Assembly: GCA_050117845.1 (NCBI GenBank)
Contig: JASFLY010000008.1
Location: 1-64,000 of the forward strand
DNA: 64,000 nt
Direction of reading: 5' to 3'
DNA from: Candidatus Zixiibacteriota bacterium
GTDB taxonomy: Bacteria; RBG-13-66-14; B26-G2; WVWN01
Shown here piece by piece: positions 28,403-37,930 of this stretch. Under the pieces are notes generated by a model that made no database searches, had not been told where the DNA came from, and was given only the letters and a program-made list of their open reading frames with translations. The stretch's first letter is position 1, and each line of letters starts with the position of its first letter. The translations under genes were made by a program, and so were the position numbers.

Positions 28403-30079
28403 TTATTGTATGCCGGTCAGGTACGCGCCGTACACCGTCGCCCGGAGCTTCTGCTGGTCGACTTCGTAGACGACGACGTCCGAGCCCTCCGGCCGGAAGG
28501 CCTCCTTGAACGCGCCCGCCCCGTAGTCTATCCTGACGATGGTAAGTTCGCCTTCCTGCGAATCCATCGGGACCTTCGTCAGGTTCCGGTAACCCCGATA
28601 CCATATCGCCCGCAATCCCGGCCGCCGGGCCAGCGCCGCCGGTTCCAGCACGACGTAGCGAACGTCGTAGTCCGTGAGTATGGCCTGAATCTCGCGGATC
28701 CCGCCGTTAGGCCAGTAGAGCGAAGGCCGGTCGTAGTCGTAGAGGAGGTTGATGACGCCGGGCCAGGTTACGACCGCGTCGTCCGCTTCGGTATGTTCGG
28801 CGAGCCAGGCCGCGACTTCGCGCCGCTCCTCGTACGCCGCCCGGTCGTCCTGGGTCAACGTTTGGGCGAAGGGCCTGACCAACGGGATTAGGAGGAATAC
28901 CACCAGCGCGGCCGTGGCCCAGAAACGGCCTCGACGGAAGAGCTCCGGGAGGCGCGTCAGGCCGGCGAATCCGAGCGGTATCAATAATAAATAAAAGGGT
29001 ACGAAGTAACGGAACAGGCCGAAACCGAAAACGGAAAACGCCAGAAGGTGCGCGAGCAGGGCGATAACCGGGAACGCGAGCGCCCGGCGCCGCCGCAGTA
29101 TCGGGACGGCCACGACCGCCAGAAGGGCGAACGCGACCAGCGGCGCGGCCCGGTAAGGCTCGCTCAGGTGGAGATTTCCGAGGAAGAGGGTCTCCACGCC
29201 CCGCCATAACCCTCGGCCTATGCGGCCCACGAAGTCGAAGAACCCGTACGACGCGAAGTACCCCGACCAGGTCGGCACGTAACGCTTAATGGCGAATACC
29301 TGCTCCGGCGAGGGCGCGACGACGAACAGTTTCACCCGAGAGTAGAACGGGTCGCCGAACGCGGAGATATTGCGTATCCACCACGGCAGAGAGGCCACGC
29401 CGAACGCCCCGAGCGAAACGCCGGCGGGCGCGAGGCCCCGGCCCCGGTAGACGATGAGGAGCGCCGCCACGTACGCGACGAGCAGAAGAACGCCGTTCAG
29501 CCGGCAAAGGTAAGAAAGGCTTAAAAGAACGCCGACTAAAAGCGGTCTAAGAAGTGTGGGCCGGTCCCGTTCGAAGTCCCCGGCCACGGCGAGCGCGGCG
29601 AAGAAAAGCAGCGCGAAATACGCCTCCGGCATTACCCGTACGGAGAACCAGAGGAACGAGGGTTCGAGCGCCGCCACCGCGGCGCCGGCCAGTGCGATGC
29701 CGGGGCCGAACCAGCGTTTGGCCAACAGGTAAAGGAGGAATAACGCCGCCAGCGACGCCAGCACCGTAACGACGCGTACCGGCGTGGGCGAATCCGCGCC
29801 GGCGGAGAAGGCCGCCGCCGCCACGAGAGGCAAGAGCGGCTGGCGATTGCCCTCGGGATGGACCACGGGGCCCCGTTCGCCGTAGAAATCCCACTTGGCG
29901 TAGGTGGTGTAGCCTCGCCCCTCGGCGAGGTTGTGGCCGACCTCGAGGATATTGCCGGCGTCCGCGTCCGGCAGGGAGTTGTGAACGAAGCACCAGATCC
30001 TGGGCGCCAGGGCGAGCACTAGTATCAATATTAATAATACCGCCTCGGCGCTGCGCGATATCTTGACGTTTGCCATCAT
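28403..30079 (-). CDS. GT39/ArnT-like glycosyltransferase
   Basis: DADAG...NLAEGRGY, RQPLLP, YLCRLNG, PWWIRN...FGDPF, RYFVP. Confidence 0.82.
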   Translation of the reverse strand: MMANVKISRSAEAVLLILILVLALAPRIWCFVHNSLPDADAGNILEVGHNLAEGRGYTTYAKWDFYGERGPVVHPEGNRQPLLPLVAAAAFSAGADSPTPVRVVTVLASLAALFLLYLLAKRWFGPGIALAGAAVAALEPSFLWFSVRVMPEAYFALLFFAALAVAGDFERDRPTLLRPLLVGVLLSLSYLCRLNGVLLLVAYVAALLIVYRGRGLAPAGVSLGAFGVASLPWWIRNISAFGDPFYSRVKLFVVAPSPEQVFAIKRYVPTWSGYFASYGFFDFVGRIGRGLWRGVETLFLGNLHLSEPYRAAPLVAFALLAVVAVPILRRRRALAFPVIALLAHLLAFSVFGFGLFRYFVPFYLLLIPLGFAGLTRLPELFRRGRFWATAALVVFLLIPLVRPFAQTLTQDDRAAYEERREVAAWLAEHTEADDAVVTWPGVINLLYDYDRPSLYWPNGGIREIQAILTDYDVRYVVLEPAALARRPGLRAIWYRGYRNLTKVPMDSQEGELTIVRIDYGAGAFKEAFRPEGSDVVVYEVDQQKLRATVYGAYLTGIQ

Positions 30080-30196
30080 AATCGGGGATTTTAGCAAAGG
30101 CGGGCCGTTTAGTAAAGACCCGATTGCGCCTTCGAGTCCCAATCCTGTTGGCATTTGGGCCGGAATGGGTTAAAATTATAGGGTGATATTAAGGTT

Positions 30197-33100
30197 ATGC
30201 CAGGCCGGAACGTAATAAACGTCGTGCGCGGCCTCCGGAAACGCCGGCTTCTCGGCGTGGCGGCGGCTTTCGCGGCGGGGGGCGTCTCGCTCTTCGCGGC
30301 CGCGTTCCTGTTGGCCGTGCTGTTCTCGGCATGGGCCGGGTGGGCCGTTGCGCTCGGGTTGGCCGGGGCGTCGGCCTGCGCCGCCGGCTACCTGTTATGG
30401 CGCCTCGTGGGCCGGGACCTTCGAGCCGAGGCCCGTTCCTCCCGGATAATCGCCGAGGCCGAATCGACGTCGCCGCTCCTCCGGCGGCGGCTGGGGGCGG
30501 CCTATTCCGTGGCCGCCGCCGGGGGCCGGGACGCCGGGACCTCGCCGGCGCTGGCCGCGGCCTTCCTCGACGAGGTGGAACGGCGCCTGCCCTCGCGGCT
30601 GTCGGCCCCCTGGGGCCGGCGGGCCCGCTGGGTGCCGCCGGCCTTGCTCGCGGCCGCGGTCGCGGCGTGGCTGACGGTGGCCCTGGCGGCCCCGGGTTTT
30701 CTGGGGGAACGTTTTACGGCCCTGGCCGAGGCGTCGCCCGGGACGGGCGGCATCATCGCCGAGGTATCGCCCGGCGACGCCAAGGTCGGCGTTGACCAGA
30801 CTCTGGAAGTAAACGTGACGCTCCGCCAGGATTTCGCCGGGGAGGCGGCCGTAATCGTCGAGCGGGGCGGCGCCGTTGCGCGGGTGCCGCTTACGAGCGC
30901 GAACGAACGCGAACTCCGCGCGGCCGTCGCGGCCGGCAGCGAGGACTTCCGCTACCGCGTCGTCGTTGGCGCGGAGAAGAGCCGCAACTTCCGCGTGACG
31001 GTGGTCCCGCCGCCGGTAATCGGCGCGCTCCGCGTCGTCGTCGCGCCCCCGGCGTACGCCGGCTTGCCGGCCCGAGCCCTGCCGCCGGGCGAGGGGGACG
31101 TGCGGGCGCTGGCCGGCGCGACCGTGCGAATCGACGTGGGCGCGGAGGGGGCCGAGGCCGTGGCGGCCGAGGTCCCGGGGGGCACCAAGGAATTTACCCG
31201 GGCCGGAGACGGATACGCCGGCGAATTCACGCTGACGCGCCCGGGCACCTATCGCCTGACGGCGTCGTCGCCCTGGGGCCAGGCCCAGACGCCCTATTAC
31301 GCGCTCGACGTCGCGCCCGACGCCCCGCCGGAAGTGACCATCGTCGAACCGACCCGCGACCTGCTCATTAACGACACGTCCCGATCGCCCCGCTTGCGCT
31401 TTACCTGTTCGGACGACTTCGGCCTGGGGGACGTACGGGTGGTCTATTTTAACGAGGTAACGGGCCGCCGGCTGGAAGGACGCGTCGGCTCCGGCGCGGG
31501 CCGGGCCGAGCTCGAGGGCGACGTGGACCTGTTGCCCGAGGGCCTCGAGCTCTTCCCCGGCGACGTGGTCGCGTACTACGTGGAGGCGTTTGACAACGAC
31601 ACGGTGAACGGCCCCAAGGCCGGCCGGTCGGCCACGTACCGCTTCCGCTTCCCCACGACCGCCGAGTTGTTCGAACGGGTGGACGACGAGATGAGCTCCG
31701 GCGTGGCGGAACTCGAGGGCTTGCGCGAGCAGACGCGCCGACTCCGCGAACAGCTCCGGAAGATGGACGCCGTCGGCGACGAGGAGAACGACACGCCGTC
31801 GCGGCCGCAAATCCGGGAGCTGGCCGAGGAGCAGGAGCGCCTGCGGCGCGAATTGACCGAGGCGGCCGAGAAATTGGAGGAGCTGCTGGAGTGCGCCGAC
31901 GATAACGTCATCAGTCCGGAACTCGCCGCCAAAGTCTACGAGGCCAACCGCCTGTTGGAAGAGGCGCTGGACGAGGAATCGAAGGAGGCCCTGCGCAAAC
32001 TCTCCGAGGCCCTGCGGGAAGTGGACCCGGAGCGCGTCCGTGAGCTAATGGAACAGGTCAAACTCGACCAGGCCGAGATGGAGCGCCGCCTCGAGCGCGT
32101 CATCGACATCCTGAAGGACGCCCGGCGCGAGGAACTCCTGCGCAACCTGGCCCTCCAGGCCGAGGAGCTGGCGGCCTGCCAGAGCGATATCCTGGAGCGA
32201 CTCGAGGACGCGGACACCCCGGCGCGGCAGGAGGACCTGGCGAAAGACGTCCCGGCTTTCGGTGAGGACGTGAAGGAGTCGGCGGCGGCCTTCGACGAGG
32301 TCGACCCGGCGTTGGCGGAAGCGTTGCGCGAGCTGGGCGGCGAGTTCGAGGAGGGCAAGGCGCCCCGGGCCGCCCGGAAGGCTTCGCGGGAATTGGCCGA
32401 GGGGGATCTGTCTGGCGCGGCCGAGGCCGGCGAAGTCTCCGAGCAGGAGCTTGAGGAACTCGCCGAAGCGCTGCGGGGGATGTCGGATAAATACCGGGAG
32501 GGCAAGCGGCAGGCGCTCCTGGCCGAAATGGACAAGGCGGTCGAGCGCGTCCTCGCCGCGTCGCACCGCACCGAGCGGCTCGCCGCCGAGGCGGCTCTGG
32601 GGGAGGCGGGCGCGGGTTTTGCGGGGCGCGGCAAAAGCGTGGCCGCCGAAGTGGCGAGCATCGGCGACGCCGCGACGGAAGCGGCCAGCAAGTCCCTCTT
32701 CGTCTCGCCGGCGATTGGCGAGGCGCTGGGGGATATAGGCGCCGAGATAGAGGCGGGGGCTCGGAACTACGAACTCGGCAACGTCCGGGCCGCGGCGGAG
32801 GCCAGCGCCCGGGCGCTGGCGGGTTTGAACGTCGTCGCCGCGATGCTGTTGGAGGCGCGGGACAACGCGGCCTCGGCCGGGTCGTCGATGGGCCTGGCCG
32901 AAATGATAGAGCAGATGAAGGCGATGGCGGAGGGCCAGCGCCAGCTCAACCGCGAGGGCAAGGCGACTATGTCCATGATGCCCGGGATGTCGCCGAGCGA
33001 ACTCGGCGCCGCGCTCGAGCGGCTGGCCGCGGAGCAGGAACGCATCCGCCGGGGGATGGAGGAACTCGAGCGGCGGGGCCGGGGCGGCGAGCGCGCCGGG

Positions 33101-33433
33101 GAGATGGGCGGTATGGCCCGGGACATGGAGGAGCTGGAAGGGGAGCTCCGCGCCGGCAATCTGGACGAGCGGATAATCGAGAAACAGGAGAAGCTGTTGG
33201 ATCGGATGTTGTCGTCCACGCGGGCCCTGCGGGTTCAGGGGCGTTCGAGCCGACGGCGGGCCGAGCCGGCGCGGGAATACGCGCCGGCGGTGGTGGCCCC
33301 CCTGCCCGGCCGCCTGACGGCGCCGAGGCCCGAGGCCGAGCCGGCCAGCGGCGCCCCCGCCGAGGGCTACGTGCCGGCCGACCTGCGCGGCCCCCTGGCC
33401 GACTACTACCGCCGGATGGCGGGAAGCGAGTAA
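30197..33433 (+). CDS. DUF4175-like membrane-anchored protein with Ig-like and long coiled-coil regions
   Basis: N-terminal TMs, PPAYAGL, DAPPEV, SDDFGL, YYVEAFDND..GPK.GRS, then Glu/Ala-rich helices. Confidence 0.8.
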   Translation: MPGRNVINVVRGLRKRRLLGVAAAFAAGGVSLFAAAFLLAVLFSAWAGWAVALGLAGASACAAGYLLWRLVGRDLRAEARSSRIIAEAESTSPLLRRRLGAAYSVAAAGGRDAGTSPALAAAFLDEVERRLPSRLSAPWGRRARWVPPALLAAAVAAWLTVALAAPGFLGERFTALAEASPGTGGIIAEVSPGDAKVGVDQTLEVNVTLRQDFAGEAAVIVERGGAVARVPLTSANERELRAAVAAGSEDFRYRVVVGAEKSRNFRVTVVPPPVIGALRVVVAPPAYAGLPARALPPGEGDVRALAGATVRIDVGAEGAEAVAAEVPGGTKEFTRAGDGYAGEFTLTRPGTYRLTASSPWGQAQTPYYALDVAPDAPPEVTIVEPTRDLLINDTSRSPRLRFTCSDDFGLGDVRVVYFNEVTGRRLEGRVGSGAGRAELEGDVDLLPEGLELFPGDVVAYYVEAFDNDTVNGPKAGRSATYRFRFPTTAELFERVDDEMSSGVAELEGLREQTRRLREQLRKMDAVGDEENDTPSRPQIRELAEEQERLRRELTEAAEKLEELLECADDNVISPELAAKVYEANRLLEEALDEESKEALRKLSEALREVDPERVRELMEQVKLDQAEMERRLERVIDILKDARREELLRNLALQAEELAACQSDILERLEDADTPARQEDLAKDVPAFGEDVKESAAAFDEVDPALAEALRELGGEFEEGKAPRAARKASRELAEGDLSGAAEAGEVSEQELEELAEALRGMSDKYREGKRQALLAEMDKAVERVLAASHRTERLAAEAALGEAGAGFAGRGKSVAAEVASIGDAATEAASKSLFVSPAIGEALGDIGAEIEAGARNYELGNVRAAAEASARALAGLNVVAAMLLEARDNAASAGSSMGLAEMIEQMKAMAEGQRQLNREGKATMSMMPGMSPSELGAALERLAAEQERIRRGMEELERRGRGGERAGEMGGMARDMEELEGELRAGNLDERIIEKQEKLLDRMLSSTRALRVQGRSSRRRAEPAREYAPAVVAPLPGRLTAPRPEAEPASGAPAEGYVPADLRGPLADYYRRMAGSE

Positions 33434-33436
33434 GCG

Positions 33437-34027
33437 ATAAACGGGATCAAAATATTCTCATTTTTAATTGCGGCGGTTCTGGCCGCGGGAACGGCCGCCG
33501 GGGCGTCGCTTCACGACGCCGCGGCGCAGCTCGATGCCGGCGAGACGAAGGCCGCCGTCAAGGAATTGCTGGCGTACGGCCGCGGCGAACCGACCGCGCC
33601 GCTGGCGAACCAGGCGCTCGACTGCGTCCTCCTACTCAATCAGAAAAAAGTGGTCCCGGCGGTCCTGGCGCCGTACGTCGAGACGCTGGCGCTGTTGGCG
33701 GACGGCTACGCGACGACGGCGGACGCGGCCTTCCGCGAAATGACCGTAGACGACGGCCTCCCCTGGGCCATACGGGGCCGGGCGGCCCTCCTCGCCGCCG
33801 ACCTCAACACCTACGGCGACCGGGTGGAGATACTCGAGGCGGCGTGGCGCGACTGTGACGACGACACGGCGCGGCTTCTGGGCGTCGCCCTCGCCGAGGC
33901 CTATAACGACGAAGGCCGGGCCGACGACGCCCGGGCCGTGCGCGACGCGTACGCCCGGCGTTTCCCCGGCGACGCCGGCCTTAAATATTTCGACTACCTG
34001 TCGGAAACGGAAGACGAGGAGAAATGA
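33437..34027 (+). CDS. Exported helical/TPR-like protein; start uncertain (ATA 33437 or TTG 33566)
   Basis: The frame is open from 33434 and encodes a signal peptide (INGIKIFSFLIAAVLAAGTAAGA) upstream of the first canonical start. Confidence 0.6.
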   Translation: MNGIKIFSFLIAAVLAAGTAAGASLHDAAAQLDAGETKAAVKELLAYGRGEPTAPLANQALDCVLLLNQKKVVPAVLAPYVETLALLADGYATTADAAFREMTVDDGLPWAIRGRAALLAADLNTYGDRVEILEAAWRDCDDDTARLLGVALAEAYNDEGRADDARAVRDAYARRFPGDAGLKYFDYLSETEDEEK

Positions 34028-34704
34028 ATCGAGTGCGCCGCGACGTTTTCGTAGTAATTGACGCCGGCCCGCTGGCCGAGCTCCTCCTGGCGCGTAAGGG
34101 GAAGGCGCTGCTGCCGACCCTCTCGTACGGCGTGGCCCGCCTCGCGTACAGCCGGGGCATGGCCGACGACGTGCGGCGGCGGTGGGAAGAGCGGGGCCTC
34201 GGCGCCGACGAGGTCGCGCGGCTTTCGGACGTGCTGTGGCGCGAGGGAACCGAGATCCAGCCCGGCGACGAGGTCGAGGCCTACGAGGACCCCGCCCGGG
34301 ACGAGGGCCTGCGGCTTGCCGTCGCGGCCCGGGCCCGGATTTACCTGACCGAGGACGAGAGCCTGCTGGAACTCGGCGAGTGGAAGGGCATAACTATAGT
34401 GGGCGACGCCGACGGCGTGGACCGCGTGCTCCTTTCGCCCGAGGCCACGGCGGTCGTCTTCCGGGCCCGGTCGGAGGGAGAGGCTATCCGCGTCGCGGAC
34501 GCCTTGCGCGAGGCCGACGTAGACGCCCGCGTCATATCGCAACAGGTCCCCTGGTACGACGGCGTCCTGGTCATGGGCCAGGGTTACTGGGGCGAAATTA
34601 TGGTATTCGAGAAGGACCGCGCCGAGGCCGAGAGGATAATCGAACGCCTGCTTTCAAAGGCCGGCGGCGGCCCCATCGACGGGCCTATAGGCGACCGCGA
34701 GTAA
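34024..34704 (+). CDS. Degenerate PIN-like domain fused to a DUF2007-like domain
   Basis: VVIDAG...DPARD...IYLTEDESLLELGEWKGITIV, then SEGEA..VADALREADV...WGEIMVFEKDRAEAERII. Confidence 0.6.
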   Translation: MNRVRRDVFVVIDAGPLAELLLARKGKALLPTLSYGVARLAYSRGMADDVRRRWEERGLGADEVARLSDVLWREGTEIQPGDEVEAYEDPARDEGLRLAVAARARIYLTEDESLLELGEWKGITIVGDADGVDRVLLSPEATAVVFRARSEGEAIRVADALREADVDARVISQQVPWYDGVLVMGQGYWGEIMVFEKDRAEAERIIERLLSKAGGGPIDGPIGDRE

Positions 34705-34725
34705 CGCGGCCGCTGCGAATTCCCA

Positions 34726-35478
34726 ATGGACGAAACCGTAGTATTGATCCAAGCCCGCATGGGCTCGACGCGCTTGCCCGGCAAGGTGCTGTTGCCCCTC
34801 GGCGGCGCGCCGGTCCTGGCGCATGTCGTGGAGAGGTGCGGCACGGCCCCGGGCGTCGGCGCCGTCGTCGTCGCGACGACGGACGAACCGGAGGACGACG
34901 CCCTGGCGGCCTGCGCGGCCGACCTCGGCGCCGGCGTCTTTCGGGGTTCGAGCGCCGACGTGCTGGGCCGTTTCGCCGGCGCGGCCGCGGCCTTCCCCGC
35001 CGCGCATTATATCCGCATCACCGCGGACTGTCCGCTGGCCGACCCGGCGGTCGTCGGCGCCGTCCTCGCCGCCCATATGGACGGGGGGCGGGATTATTCC
35101 TATAATGACGTACCCGTCGGTTTCCCCCGCGGCTACGACGTGGAGGTCGTGCGGGGCGCTACCTTATTATGGCTCGCGGAGAACTGCCGCGACGCCGCGT
35201 CGCGCGAACACGTTACGCCCTATCTCCGGGACCACGCGGCCGACTTCAACGTCGAGAAGGTTATGGGGCCGCCGAGCGCGGACTTTTCCGGTTACCGGCT
35301 GGTCCTCGACGAGGAGGCCGATTACGAGCTGCTTAAGATTATCTACGAAAGATTGGGGGATAAAGGCCCGTTCGGCCTGAACGACGTCCTGGCCCTACTC
35401 GCCGCCGAGCCGGCGCTGGCCGAGATAAACCGCGACGTGCGGCAGAAGGACAGGCCGCCGACGCCCGGGGTCGGGTAA
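34726..35478 (+). CDS. SpsF-like cytidylyltransferase
   Basis: IQARMGSTRLPGKVL, RGS.ADVLGRF, RITADCPL, REHVTPY. Confidence 0.9.
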   Translation: MDETVVLIQARMGSTRLPGKVLLPLGGAPVLAHVVERCGTAPGVGAVVVATTDEPEDDALAACAADLGAGVFRGSSADVLGRFAGAAAAFPAAHYIRITADCPLADPAVVGAVLAAHMDGGRDYSYNDVPVGFPRGYDVEVVRGATLLWLAENCRDAASREHVTPYLRDHAADFNVEKVMGPPSADFSGYRLVLDEEADYELLKIIYERLGDKGPFGLNDVLALLAAEPALAEINRDVRQKDRPPTPGVG

Positions 35479-35534
35479 AACAAAAACGGTTCACGGATTG
35501 TATTGATAAGAAACGAGCGCCCTCGCGGGCGCTT

Positions 35535-36044
35535 TTATTCTTCTGTGGAGCCGCTGGGCCGGGCCGTAACGACGATGGGGATCTCGCGGCCGTCCCGGGC
35601 GAGTGTTTCCGGGCGTTCCGGCCCGAAGCCGTTTCGGGCGAACACGGCTCGCGAGGCCTGGTTATCCTCTCTTATCCGCGCGACTATCCGGCGGAAGCCG
35701 AGTTCGCGGCTGGCGTAATCGCAGGCCGTCGCCAGCAAACGTCGGCCCACTCCACGGCCGCGCCCTTCCGGGGCGACGATGATGTGGACCTCGGCCTCGC
35801 CCGGCGTCAGCTCGTCGAAGCGCACGACGCCCACCGGCCGGTCGCCCTCGTATCCGAGGAGGATATGACGGCCCTGCCGGCCCAGGGAATCACGAAACCA
35901 GGCGGCGTGCTCTTCCTCGGAGATTTCCTCCGGGCTGAAGGAGGCCGCCCTCGTGGCCGGGTCGTTCCGCCATTCGAGGAGCAAGCGCACGTCGTGGCCG
36001 TCGTCGCGGACCGGCCGCAGCGTAATGGCGGGGCCAGCGGTCAT
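35535..36044 (-). CDS. GNAT N-acetyltransferase (PseH-like)
   Basis: EWRNDP.TR, EEHAAWF, GVVRFD, RGRGVG, N.AS...F...GF. Confidence 0.82.
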   Translation of the reverse strand: MTAGPAITLRPVRDDGHDVRLLLEWRNDPATRAASFSPEEISEEEHAAWFRDSLGRQGRHILLGYEGDRPVGVVRFDELTPGEAEVHIIVAPEGRGRGVGRRLLATACDYASRELGFRRIVARIREDNQASRAVFARNGFGPERPETLARDGREIPIVVTARPSGSTEE

Positions 36045-37132
36045 CAGTCGAAGTCCCCTTCAAGAATGCCGTCGCCGGCCGGGATGTCCCGCGTCGCGCG
36101 GCGGCCCTCGACCCGGCCTATCTCGAAGGGGTTCATCCCCGGCGGGTTCTTCCCGGGACGGAGGATGTCGACGTTTTCGCCCTCGCGCAATACGTCGCCG
36201 GCGGCGACGCGGCGGATGGCCTGGATGCCCCGCACGCCGTAGTGGCGAAGCTCCTCCTCGGCCTCCTGGGTTTTCTTCTCGCCGGTCCCGCGCATCTTCT
36301 CCACTTCCCGGATAATGCGAACCATGGCGGCCAGCTCGTCCGGCTCGACGGCGTATGCGTGGTCGGGGCCGGGGAGGTTGCGGTCGAGGGTGAAGTGCTT
36401 CTCGACGACGCGGGCGCCGAGGGCGACGGCCGCGGCCGGCGCGGCCAGGGGGTCGCGGGAATGGTCGGACAGGCCGGCCTGAACGCCGAACATCTCGGCC
36501 AGCCGCGGGATGGCGCGCACGTTCACGGCCTCGGGCGGCGCGGGGTAGGCGGCGGTGCATTGCAGCAGCGCGATGGGCGCGTCGGACGACGCCCGCACGA
36601 GATCGACGGCCCGCTGGATGTCGGCGTATGTGGCGGCGCCGGTCGACATAATGAGGGGTTTGCCGGTCGTCGCCAGGAACTCGAGAAGGCGGAGGTGGTT
36701 GAGTTCGTACGAGGCGGTCTTGTGGACGCGGACGTACGGATCGACCGCCCGGGCGTCGGCCACCGAGAAGGCGGTGGCCATGAACTCCAGGCCCCGCTCG
36801 GCGGCGCGGGAAGATAGGCCCGCAAGCATCTCGTACGGTATCTCGAGGCCGCCGATGATGTCGAGTATGTCCTCTTTGATGCCGGCCTCGGAGAGGTAAT
36901 CGCTCGTTCCCGCCCCGGGGGCATATATGGTCTCGGCCCGGAACACCTGAAACTTGACGGCGTCGCAGCCCGCCCCGGCCGCGACGTCTATGAGCTCGTA
37001 GGCGCGCTCTTCGTCGCCGCCGAGGTTGCCGGCCCGCCAGTTCGACCCGGCCTCCCCGATTATGAAAACCGGCCGGTCCGGCCCGAAGGGGGCCGCGGCG
37101 TCCGGCCGGGCGTCGTTATTCCGTTGGTCCAT
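36044..37132 (-). CDS. NeuB/PseI/SpsE-family nonulosonic acid synthase with SAF domain
   Basis: IIGEAGSN, DAVKFQ, KTASYE, MSTG, GLSDHS, EKHFTLDR..PGPDH. Confidence 0.93.
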   Translation of the reverse strand: MDQRNNDARPDAAAPFGPDRPVFIIGEAGSNWRAGNLGGDEERAYELIDVAAGAGCDAVKFQVFRAETIYAPGAGTSDYLSEAGIKEDILDIIGGLEIPYEMLAGLSSRAAERGLEFMATAFSVADARAVDPYVRVHKTASYELNHLRLLEFLATTGKPLIMSTGAATYADIQRAVDLVRASSDAPIALLQCTAAYPAPPEAVNVRAIPRLAEMFGVQAGLSDHSRDPLAAPAAAVALGARVVEKHFTLDRNLPGPDHAYAVEPDELAAMVRIIREVEKMRGTGEKKTQEAEEELRHYGVRGIQAIRRVAAGDVLREGENVDILRPGKNPPGMNPFEIGRVEGRRATRDIPAGDGILEGDFD

Positions 37133-37136
37133 TTCC

Positions 37137-37913
37137 TTATTTGATGCCGAAATCCTTGAGGCCCGTCGCGATGCCGACGAGGTCGAGTTTTTCCGGCTCC
37201 TCGGTGATGGCGGTCATGGCGCCGGAGTCGCCGTAATCCACGAGTTCCAGCGTTCCCTTCTCGTGCTCGGAGTACGCGATGCCGAAGACGGGGACGTCCT
37301 CACAGGCGTACGCGTAGCCGACCTCGCGGCCTCCCTTTTTGAGGATCAGCTTCTCGCAGGCGATTTTTTTGCCGCTCAACGTGTCGTACTTGACCGCGCC
37401 GGCCTCCACGGCGTCCACGTCCGAGCCGCCGCCGAAGACCTCGTTCAGGTCCGGCCCCTGGCCGACGAGTTCGAGCGCCTCCTGCAAAAGCTGCAACTCC
37501 TGGAGCGGGAGTTCGACCGCCCGGTCCTCCCCGACTTTCACGATGAAGCGTTTCGATTCCTTCGTCAAGTCCTTGCCGCTCTCGAGGAAGGAGACGCGGT
37601 CGAGTTGGGGCACGAGGGCTTTGGAGATGACTTTGCGTTCGTCGCGTTCGGCTACGACCTCGAGCCAGAAGTACGTATCGCCCGAAACGTTCTCGCTCCC
37701 GGTCAACGCGACGAAGACCTCGGACTCCTTGCCGCCCCGACTCATCAGGCGGTACTCGCACCAGCGGCCGACCTCCCACTGTCCCACGGCCTCGGTGAGA
37801 ACTTCCTCGATCGGCGTGGGGGGCGGGAGTTCCTCCCCTTTATCGCAGGAACTGCATCCGGCGTAAATGAAAAGGGACGCCGGGATAACGAGTGCCAATA
37901 AGTAGCGGGTCAT
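37137..37913 (-). CDS. Hypothetical lipoprotein
   Basis: MTRYLLALVIPASLFIYAGC after GAGG; the longer ORF call is a shadow extension. Confidence 0.7.
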   Translation of the reverse strand: MTRYLLALVIPASLFIYAGCSSCDKGEELPPPTPIEEVLTEAVGQWEVGRWCEYRLMSRGGKESEVFVALTGSENVSGDTYFWLEVVAERDERKVISKALVPQLDRVSFLESGKDLTKESKRFIVKVGEDRAVELPLQELQLLQEALELVGQGPDLNEVFGGGSDVDAVEAGAVKYDTLSGKKIACEKLILKKGGREVGYAYACEDVPVFGIAYSEHEKGTLELVDYGDSGAMTAITEEPEKLDLVGIATGLKDFGIK

Positions 37914-37930
37914 AATACCTCCCGGATTAT

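Noticed and set aside
1162..33433. TAA recoding or an alternative genetic code, suggested by three in-frame continuations
   Set aside because: Many conserved genes (dnaN, recF, purQ, PiT) end at TAA where expected, and two of the continuations begin with their own signal peptides.
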